A stretch of 64,000 nucleotides of DNA, taken from Candidatus Levyibacteriota bacterium. GTDB lineage: Bacteria > Patescibacteriota > Microgenomatia > Levybacterales > UBA12049. Every line of letters begins with the position of its first letter. The first letter of the stretch is position 1. Under the pieces are notes generated by a model. It had not been told where the DNA came from. It searched no databases and worked only from the letters and a program-made list of their open reading frames with translations. Made by a program: the position numbers and the translations under genes. This document shows positions 56,973-64,000 of this stretch, piece after piece. The DNA lies in contig JACOXU010000002.1 in NCBI GenBank assembly GCA_016182185.1, positions 86,874 to 150,873 of the forward strand, written 5' to 3'.

Positions 56973-57025
56973 TAGATTTTTTTTCATTTTAAATCTTTCT
57001 ATGCTAAAATACAAATGATCTGATT

Positions 57026-57098
57026 GTCCTCGTAGCTCAATGGATAGAGCAGTCCCGTCCTAAGGGAAAGATTGGAGGTTCGACTCCTCTCGAGGACG
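57026..57098 (+). tRNA. tRNA-Arg (anticodon CCU)
   Basis: gtcctcgtagctcaatggatagagcagtcccgtcctaagggaaagattggaggttcgactcctctcgaggacg. Acceptor stem is gtcctcg/cgaggac, anticodon loop is gtCCTaa, T-loop is ttcgact. Confidence 0.8.
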
Positions 57099-57099
57099 C

Positions 57100-57810
57100 A
57101 TGTCCAAAACTGAAATTATCCGTTTCCTAATTCTTCGGACTATCGGGAATTTTTTGGTTCTTTTTGCCGTCTTCGGGGTAGTTGCAACCTTCGGACCGTC
57201 GCTTTACTATGAGGTTTCATTCCGTATTGTACAGGCAAGAGGAGTCAAATATGTAGTTGCGGATGAAACCTCACCGCTCGGAGAGATTCTAAAAAAGCAG
57301 AATGTTCAAACCGAAGGCCTAAGTGGAGGATTTGCAAGTGTATTGGCCGGATCCAAGGAGCAAATATTGATGCCAAAAGATACAGATTTTAGTATTTTGA
57401 TACCAAAGCTTGGTATTTCTTCGAAGGTTTTTGCCAATATCAATCCAGCCAGCGAAAATGAGTTTTTGCCCATTTTGCAGCAAGGAGTAGCTCATGCAAA
57501 AGGAACAGTTTTTCCTGGAATACCAGGAAATATTTATTTATTTGCTCACTCAACGGATAATTTTTGGAATGTCGGTCGATATAATGCAGTATTTTATTTA
57601 CTTAAAGATCTTGTACCCGGGGACGACGTGATTATATTCTTCGAGAATCAAAGACATAATTACATCGTTACTGAGACTAAGATTCTTGATGGAGATGACA
57701 CATCATTTCTGACCAATTCGCAGACTGGAAAGGAAGTATTAATTCTTCAGACATGCTGGCCGCCAGGGACCACATGGAAACGTTTATTAGTTTTTGCAAA
57801 GCCAAAGTAA
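57100..57810 (+). CDS. sortase-family transpeptidase
   Basis: N-terminal TM anchor. Catalytic Cys in VLILQTCWPPG (a TLxTC-like motif), His in IYLFAHS, and Arg in KRLLVFA. The window contains several proteins with xPxTG, TM and basic tail, which are candidate substrates. Confidence 0.55.
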   Translation: MSKTEIIRFLILRTIGNFLVLFAVFGVVATFGPSLYYEVSFRIVQARGVKYVVADETSPLGEILKKQNVQTEGLSGGFASVLAGSKEQILMPKDTDFSILIPKLGISSKVFANINPASENEFLPILQQGVAHAKGTVFPGIPGNIYLFAHSTDNFWNVGRYNAVFYLLKDLVPGDDVIIFFENQRHNYIVTETKILDGDDTSFLTNSQTGKEVLILQTCWPPGTTWKRLLVFAKPK

Positions 57811-57832
57811 GTTAGATTTTACGCTGAGGTCG

Positions 57833-57936
57833 CTCACAAAATTTTTCTGTTCGCAACGCGGGCAGATTATTTCCAAAAGAAGGTTCAGCGACGCAAATGC
57901 TTACATCAAAATTTTGCAAGCTCCCCGCGCAGGGTT
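57833..57936 (+). mobile_element. RPE-like palindromic element, intergenic copy
   Basis: gctgaggtcgctcacaaaatttttctgttcgcaacgcgggcagatt...cagcgacgcaaatgcttacatcaaaattttgcaagctccccgcgcagggtt. Homologous to leuS 40258-40378, with inverted-repeat termini. It lies between convergent genes. Confidence 0.5.
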
Positions 57937-57955
57937 TTAATATTTGAACTTATAT

Positions 57956-59149
57956 TTATTTTAATCCTATTGTGTAAAGATTAGGGGCGGTGTCTGTGTT
58001 GCCGAGGTTAGTTAAAATTACTATTTTTGTACCGTCAGGCCAGGGGAAAACGAAGCTATCTACAAAAGGACCGGCATAAATCTTAGTCGTATTTTTTCCG
58101 TCATATTCCATTATTTCCACTTTTTGATCGTGAACAAAAATAATGTGTTTTGAATCAGCCAACCAGTTCAAAGATTTTTCGAATCCAGCTTTATAATCAA
58201 GAATTTTATAATTTCTGTCTTCTTTTAGATCGTAAACATAAATCTCTCCGGGCTTTAATAATCTTTGCTCGGGTGTAGAATTAACTCCAATAAGCGGTGG
58301 CTTAATGATTATAGGCAAGGTCGACTGTTTTGAAACCCGATATAAAATTTTTAATTCATCAGGAGACCAAGCAATGATCTCGAAGTTGTTTTCGGCAAAT
58401 TTTCTTAATTCTCTTGGCAGGGAATCAATTTGAGATCTATGTTTTTCAAGTGTTTGTCTTTGCCAAGTAAGACTTGTAGTGGAGATTGTTTCTGTAATAT
58501 CTGAAGGATTCTGGTTTAAGCCGTCCCCCTTAAGTAGATAAGTGGTATTTAAATTTAGCGCAGAGATAGTTGCTATGATGGACGATCCATCAGGAGTCCA
58601 AGACAGCTTTGTCCTAGAAAAGGAATTTAAAGTATCTTCTACAATCTGGATCGATAGTCCTTGGAGCGTAATAATGGGCTTTGCGGTCATATCGAGCACA
58701 TATATTCCGTTTTTCTTAGCAGATTGCGAAGAGACTGTATAGGCAAGTTTTGTCTGTGAAGGATCCATAACCGCAACATTCACGCCGGTATTTGTGATAC
58801 TTTCAAGCTTAGGCGCGGTAGGGAAAAGAAGCGCCTCTGCCTTTGTAACCACGCCTTTTTCAATTTTTAGATGTTTTTCCCAAGAAAAGTATCCCTGTTT
58901 GAAGATCTTAATGTCGTACTCACCCGGGGTTAGATTAATCGTATTGTTCGTAGCAGTCGTCAAGTGATCATTTACAAAAACTTGTGCTCCATCAGGTGAA
59001 CTTGTTGCGACCAAAAGCCCTGTGCCTGATACGTCCGGTTTTATGCCGTCGAAGAATATTCGATATCCCCTTCCGAAAAGAATTACGACAACGGTTATAG
59101 ATATTAATGTCAAAAGGATTCCTAGGGAGATTATTAGTTTTTTCACCAC
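57956..59149 (-). CDS. membrane-anchored PEGA-domain / beta-propeller (TolB-like) protein
   Basis: N-terminal TM. A PEGA-like block (GAQVFVNDHLTTATNNTINLTPGEYDIKIFKQGY) is followed by repeats resembling WD40/TolB-type blades. The assignment is tentative. Confidence 0.4.
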   Translation of the reverse strand: MVKKLIISLGILLTLISITVVVILFGRGYRIFFDGIKPDVSGTGLLVATSSPDGAQVFVNDHLTTATNNTINLTPGEYDIKIFKQGYFSWEKHLKIEKGVVTKAEALLFPTAPKLESITNTGVNVAVMDPSQTKLAYTVSSQSAKKNGIYVLDMTAKPIITLQGLSIQIVEDTLNSFSRTKLSWTPDGSSIIATISALNLNTTYLLKGDGLNQNPSDITETISTTSLTWQRQTLEKHRSQIDSLPRELRKFAENNFEIIAWSPDELKILYRVSKQSTLPIIIKPPLIGVNSTPEQRLLKPGEIYVYDLKEDRNYKILDYKAGFEKSLNWLADSKHIIFVHDQKVEIMEYDGKNTTKIYAGPFVDSFVFPWPDGTKIVILTNLGNTDTAPNLYTIGLK

Positions 59150-59299
59150 AGAAATTATACAAGTTAATAATCACTCTTGCAAGACGTCCTTATCAAGGAT
59201 ATAATCATTAGACGAGGCTAAAAATATTTTTGATAGATTTAAATAATAGTTTGATATAGATTTTAACCTCGCTTCACTTATCTAATATTTGGTTATCAA

Positions 59300-60326
59300 A
59301 TTTAATCTTATGTTTTCAAAAAGAATCGGAATTGACTTAGGTACGGCAAATACTCTTGTTTATCTGGCAGGACAAGGAATAGTTTTAAATGAACCCACAG
59401 TAGTTGCGGTGACTGCAGAAGAAAATAGAGTAGTAGCTGTTGGTCGTGAGGCAAAAGATATGCTTGGAAGAACTCCTGGGAATATAGTTGCTATGAGACC
59501 TTTGCGAGACGGAGTGATTGCTGATTACACAATTACAGAGGCAATGCTTTCTTATTTTATTGACAAGGCAGCTGGGCGTTCCCGCTTTTTTAAACCAGAA
59601 GTTATGATATGTATTCCATCAGGCGTAACTCAGGTTGAAAGAAGAGCCGTTCTTGATGCCACAATGGCAGCAGGAGCAAAAACTGCCTACTTAATTGAAG
59701 AACCCCTCGCAGCCGCGATCGGAGCCAAAATCCCAATTGCTCAAGCCGCAGGACACATGGTGGTTGATATTGGCGGAGGCTCAACTGAATGTGCGGTAAT
59801 TTCACTGGGCGGCGTTGTCGTTCATAATTCTGTTAGAGCAGGAGGGAATAAAATCGATGAAGCAATTGCAAATTATACAAAAAGGAAATTTAATCTTCTC
59901 ATCGGAGAAAGGACCGCCGAAGAAATAAAAATAGCAATCGGGAATGCACTCATCGAAGAGAATTTAAAATCAAATGCAAAAAAACTAGAAATAAGAGGAA
60001 GAGACAGTATATCAGGATTACCTCGAACAGTTGAACTGACCGAAACTCAAATAAATGAAGCAATCACCCCTGTTCTTATGGAAATAATTTCAGCAGTTAA
60101 AGGAGTGCTGGAGCAAACACCTCCTGAGCTTGCAAGTGATATTATAGATAAAGGAGTTGTTATGAGCGGCGGAACGTCCCTCTTAAACAATTTTGACAAA
60201 TTAATTACGAAGATTACTGGTGTGCCTTGTCACGTTGCGGAAGATTCTCTTCTTTGTGTCGTAAGAGGGACGGGAGTAGCGCTTGAGAATATAGAATTGT
60301 ATAAAAGAAGCATCGCCCGTAAATGA
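59300..60326 (+). CDS. mreB: rod shape-determining protein MreB
   Basis: MFSKRIGIDLGTANTLVY, the actin-fold phosphate motifs, and VDIGGGSTE. Start placed at MFSKR rather than the track's 59289. Confidence 0.9.
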
Positions 60327-60581
60327 TTCCTCTATATGATATAAATATCCTATAATTTTTAGAAGATTATCATGAGTCCAGATAATAATATAGGAGAGAA
60401 ACAATATTTTTCACAATATAATAGATTTATAGTAATTATATTATTATGACAATAAAAATATATTATTTTGCATCGGCTCAAGCAAGAATTAAATTTGGTA
60501 AATTTGAGTATAATAATTACCCAAACGGGTGATATTTAGAGATAAGAATATTCTCTAAATTAATCTTATAGTATAATTGAT

Positions 60582-61307
60582 ATGTTTGAGAAAAAAAATA
60601 TCCTTGGAGTAGGTCTTAATAGGGACTCTAAGAAATTAATCCTAGAGTATATAGTAAAAAGTATTGAAAAATCATCGGAAAAGTACTATATAGTGACACC
60701 AAACCCTGAGTTATTAGTAATTGCCTCAAGAGACTCGAGGTACAAAAAAACCCTAAATGATGCAAAATTAGCTTTGCCCGACGGAATGGGTGTTATTCTA
60801 GCAAGTAAGTTACTCAAAAAAGGTATCACTACCCGAATTACTGGTGTTGGCTTGGTAAATAGCCTCTGTGAAACAGTTGCAGAAAAGCCTATAACAGTGG
60901 GGTTTTTGGGAGGTAAACCTGGTGTAGCAGACAAAACGTCCGAATGCTTACGCGAAAAGTACCCCAGTTTAAAGGTAGTCTTTGCCGAAAGCGGAAACCC
61001 GGATGAACAAACTTTAAAATTAATAAAGCAAAAAATTGATATTCTCTTTGTTGCTTTTGGTTCTCCAAAACAAGAAATTTGGATCAGTAAACACTTGAAA
61101 AATTTACCGGTAAAAATTGCAATTGGCGTAGGAGGAGCATTTGATTTTATAAGTGGAGAAGTAAAAAGAGCTCCTTTTTGGGTTAGAAATATTGGACTTG
61201 AATGGTTATTTAGACTAATTATCCAGCCCTGGAGAATAAAGCGACAATTTTCTCTTCTTGTTTTTCTTTTGCTCATCTTAAAAGAAAAATTTTTAGATTT
61301 TCAGTGA
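60582..61307 (+). CDS. WecB/TagA/CpsF-family (GT26) glycosyltransferase
   Basis: Characteristic GT26 blocks: YYIVTPNPELLV, LALPDGMGVILASK, LKVVFAESGNP, LFVAFGSPKQE. Confidence 0.75.
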   Translation: MFEKKNILGVGLNRDSKKLILEYIVKSIEKSSEKYYIVTPNPELLVIASRDSRYKKTLNDAKLALPDGMGVILASKLLKKGITTRITGVGLVNSLCETVAEKPITVGFLGGKPGVADKTSECLREKYPSLKVVFAESGNPDEQTLKLIKQKIDILFVAFGSPKQEIWISKHLKNLPVKIAIGVGGAFDFISGEVKRAPFWVRNIGLEWLFRLIIQPWRIKRQFSLLVFLLLILKEKFLDFQ

Positions 61308-61323
61308 TGGTATAATATAATTC

Positions 61324-62544
61324 ATGAGAATTCTTTATCTTCAAACTTTTCCTTTATATGGTTCTGGATCAGGAACTTATTCCAGAGATTTAGCTAGAGA
61401 AGTTGCCAAAATTCACAAGGTAGCAATGGTTGTTCCTGATAAGCGAAGTGTCAAAAACGTAAAAATGTATAAGGTTGATCTTCCAGTTAAGATTTCTTTT
61501 ACGGGTCATCCTGAGTGGCCCGACTCACTTCTTTATACTAAAGTATCCGGTCAAGAACTCTCAAGTAATTATCTTGCTTATTTTAAAGCCATTGTCCATG
61601 CAGTCAATGAATTTAAGCCTGATATCATCCACGTCCATCACATAATGCCTTTGACCTGGATAGCAAGATTTATAAAAATAGCTTACAACCTGAATTTTAT
61701 AGTCACGGTTCATGGATCAGAACTTCCCACAATTGAAGATGACAAGAGATATACTTATCTTACAGAAGAAGCACTCACTCGCGCAAAAAGAATCGCAGCA
61801 AACAGTTTTTGGACCAGAGAATGGATTCAAAAGATCTACGGTAATAAATTTCAGGATCAAATAAGAGTTATTCCGGGCGGAGTAAATATTTCAGATTTCC
61901 CAGAAGATATGGACACGCGGGAAATTGACAGTAAATATAGATTAGGCGGTCAAAAATTGATTCTTTTTTCAGGCAAGCTTACAAAATACAAAGGCGTAAG
62001 GTACCTAATACAGGCCGCAAGAAATATAAATGCTGTTGTGGGAGTTGCAGGAGACGGGCCTGAAATGGAAAATTTAAAAAAAATGGTTAAAAAATTAAAG
62101 TTAGACAATGTCAAATTTTTTGGTTTTATTGACAACCATGATTTGATTAAACTTTATTACAGGGCAGATATTTGTGTTGTTCCAAGCGTCTGGGATGAAC
62201 CTTTGGGGCTGGTCGTGCTTGAGGCAATGGCGACCAAGACTCCAGTTGTAGTGACCAGAAAAGGTGGTATTCCTTTGGCCGTTAAGGATGGGATAAACGG
62301 AGTTTTTATAAGACCTCGGAACGCAAAAGAGATAGCTGAGAAGGTAAATATTCTGTTGGCAGATGATGAATTGAGGCAAAAAATTGGGGAGAGAGCAAGA
62401 AAAACAATCCTTGAAAGATTCACTTGGGATAAAATCGCCCATAGGTATGAAAGAATATACCAAGAATTCAGAAAAACAGCTGATTTAAGAGATGCCGGAC
62501 CTTTAGATAAATGGGTTAATAAGGTTCTGAAAAAACCATCATAA
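61324..62544 (+). CDS. family 4 (GT-B) glycosyltransferase
   Basis: The E..G....EAMA.G.PVV motif (EPLGLVVLEAMATKTPVVVT) is typical of GT4. Confidence 0.75.
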   Translation: MRILYLQTFPLYGSGSGTYSRDLAREVAKIHKVAMVVPDKRSVKNVKMYKVDLPVKISFTGHPEWPDSLLYTKVSGQELSSNYLAYFKAIVHAVNEFKPDIIHVHHIMPLTWIARFIKIAYNLNFIVTVHGSELPTIEDDKRYTYLTEEALTRAKRIAANSFWTREWIQKIYGNKFQDQIRVIPGGVNISDFPEDMDTREIDSKYRLGGQKLILFSGKLTKYKGVRYLIQAARNINAVVGVAGDGPEMENLKKMVKKLKLDNVKFFGFIDNHDLIKLYYRADICVVPSVWDEPLGLVVLEAMATKTPVVVTRKGGIPLAVKDGINGVFIRPRNAKEIAEKVNILLADDELRQKIGERARKTILERFTWDKIAHRYERIYQEFRKTADLRDAGPLDKWVNKVLKKPS

Positions 62545-62546
62545 TT

Positions 62547-63617
62547 ATGAGGATAGCAATTTTGGGTTCTATAGCTCTTCCGGTTCCTCCTCCTTTTCAA
62601 GGCGGGACAGAATGGATTGCATATTATCAAGCAAAGGGACTCTCGGAGAAGGGGCATAAAGTTCTTCTTTTTGCGCCCGGAGAAAGCAGAAGTTATTTAA
62701 AGAATTTAAGTGTTGATTTTATCGAAGTTGGCGAAGGGAATTTAGCCTTAGGGAGCAATCTGGAAAAAAAAATTGATCCAAGATATACAGAAGCATCCAG
62801 AAAACTTCGACTTGAGGCGGTCGGATTATCTGAGGTTATCAAAGAACTGATAGAAAGAAAAGATGAATATGATTTAATTCTAAACAATATTAGGGGCGAA
62901 GCAGTTTTTGTTCCGATTGCAAAGTATTTAAATAAGAAATTTGTGAATGTCATGCATCTTAACATTTTTGATGAATTAGCAGATTTATTTAAACATTTTT
63001 CTACAAATATAATAACCATCAGCAATTCACAGAGAAAAAATTACCCTCAACTTTCTTATCTTGATACCGTTTATAACGGGGTGGATACCAATATATTTTC
63101 TTTTAGTTCTGATCCTCATGGTTATTTTCTGATGATGGGATCAATCGGAAGGCATAAAAATCAAAAAATAGCTATAAAAATTGCCAAGAGGCTTAAAATA
63201 AAACTCATCATTGCCGGAAAAATCAGAGACAATGATTATTTTGAAGAAATCAAAAGGGATATTGATGGAGAGATGATTAAATGGATCGGCGAAATAGATC
63301 TTAAGGATAAAGTGAAACTTTATCAAGGCGCAAAAGCGCTTCTTTTTCCAATCCTTTGGGAAGAGCCCTTTGGACTGGTTATGATTGAGGCAATGAGTTG
63401 CGGAACGCCAGTCATCGCTTTCAATAACGGCGCCGTTTCTGAGGTATTAATTAACAATAAAACTGGTTTTGTTATAGAAAGTGATAGTCAGATGATTGAG
63501 GCAATTCATAAAATTGATTCAATTAACCGCGTTGATTGCAGAAAACATGTTGAGGATAAATTTACCATTGAAAAGATGGTTGATAATTATGAGAAATCAC
63601 TTCTTAAGCTGGATTAA
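62547..63617 (+). CDS. family 4 (GT-B) glycosyltransferase
   Basis: EEPFGLVMIEAMSCGTPVIAF. It starts 3 nt after the previous gene. Confidence 0.75.
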   Translation: MRIAILGSIALPVPPPFQGGTEWIAYYQAKGLSEKGHKVLLFAPGESRSYLKNLSVDFIEVGEGNLALGSNLEKKIDPRYTEASRKLRLEAVGLSEVIKELIERKDEYDLILNNIRGEAVFVPIAKYLNKKFVNVMHLNIFDELADLFKHFSTNIITISNSQRKNYPQLSYLDTVYNGVDTNIFSFSSDPHGYFLMMGSIGRHKNQKIAIKIAKRLKIKLIIAGKIRDNDYFEEIKRDIDGEMIKWIGEIDLKDKVKLYQGAKALLFPILWEEPFGLVMIEAMSCGTPVIAFNNGAVSEVLINNKTGFVIESDSQMIEAIHKIDSINRVDCRKHVEDKFTIEKMVDNYEKSLLKLD

Positions 63618-63642
63618 TTTTGTGTTATTATTAAATTAATCT

Positions 63643-64000
63643 ATGAAGATTGCACAGCTTGCTCCGCCTTGGCTGTCCGTTCCTCCTTCCGGATATGGGG
63701 GAACCGAACTTATAGTTTACTATCTAACCCAAGGATTGGTAAAAAGAGGTCACGATGTAACTCTTTTTGCTTCAGGAGACTCAAAAACGGATGCTAAGCT
63801 TTTCTCAATCTACCCAAAGTCTATAGGCAACAACGGAGAACTTAAAAATCAGCCGCTTAGCCCCATGCTTCATTACATTGAGTGTTTTGAAAGAGCATCG
63901 GAATTCGACATTATCCACAACCATGCCCAATATTATGCCATGTTTCTGGCTGATTTGGTAAAAACTCCTGTAGTTCATACCATTCACGGTTCTTTTAGCA
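63643..64000 (+). CDS. family 4 glycosyltransferase, N-terminal part (runs off the window end)
   Basis: MKIAQLAPPWLSVPPSGYGGTELIVYYLTQGLVKRGHDVTLFASGDS is a GT4 N-terminal (Glyco_trans_4-like) domain. No stop codon occurs within the window. Confidence 0.6.
   Translation, partial: MKIAQLAPPWLSVPPSGYGGTELIVYYLTQGLVKRGHDVTLFASGDSKTDAKLFSIYPKSIGNNGELKNQPLSPMLHYIECFERASEFDIIHNHAQYYAMFLADLVKTPVVHTIHGSFS

Overview
This is a low-GC (~35-40%) bacterial chromosome segment with a small-genome, CPR/Patescibacteria-like look (inferred from the sequence alone, not confirmed): AT-rich intergenic tracts, mostly weak Shine-Dalgarno usage, many glycosyltransferases, competence genes, and sortase-anchored surface proteins. 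The window holds an rRNA unit without a 16S gene (promoter, tRNA-Ala(UGC), an expanded ~3.05-kb 23S, then 5S), five tRNAs and about 55 CDS. Recognisable genes include rpsA, radA plus a yacL-like PIN/TRAM gene, rho, leuS, argS, ndk, mreB, comEA plus a split comEC, a histidine kinase with three tandem receiver-only paralogs, a VKOR/DsbA pair, a SemiSWEET, a sortase, an orphan VirD4/TraG-like ATPase, a 1419-aa surface protein with three integrase-type SAM-like N-terminal domains, and two glycosylation clusters. Three things stand out. First, a ~5.6-kb high-GC (~60-65%) foreign island at about 16.05-21.64 kb. All its genes are on the minus strand with strong AAGGAGG ribosome-binding sites, and they encode a dockerin-type protein, a Thr-Pro-linker cell-wall protein with a sortase-type signal, and several 50-55-aa peptides. 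Second, a ~105-120-bp palindromic element inserted in-frame inside leuS and again in an intergenic region, reminiscent of Rickettsia palindromic elements. Third, AT-rich heptamer tandem repeats recur in intergenic DNA, in-frame inside leuS, argS, a GT2 gene and a large membrane protein (encoding QNSK(F/V)K-type peptides), and even inside the 23S rRNA.
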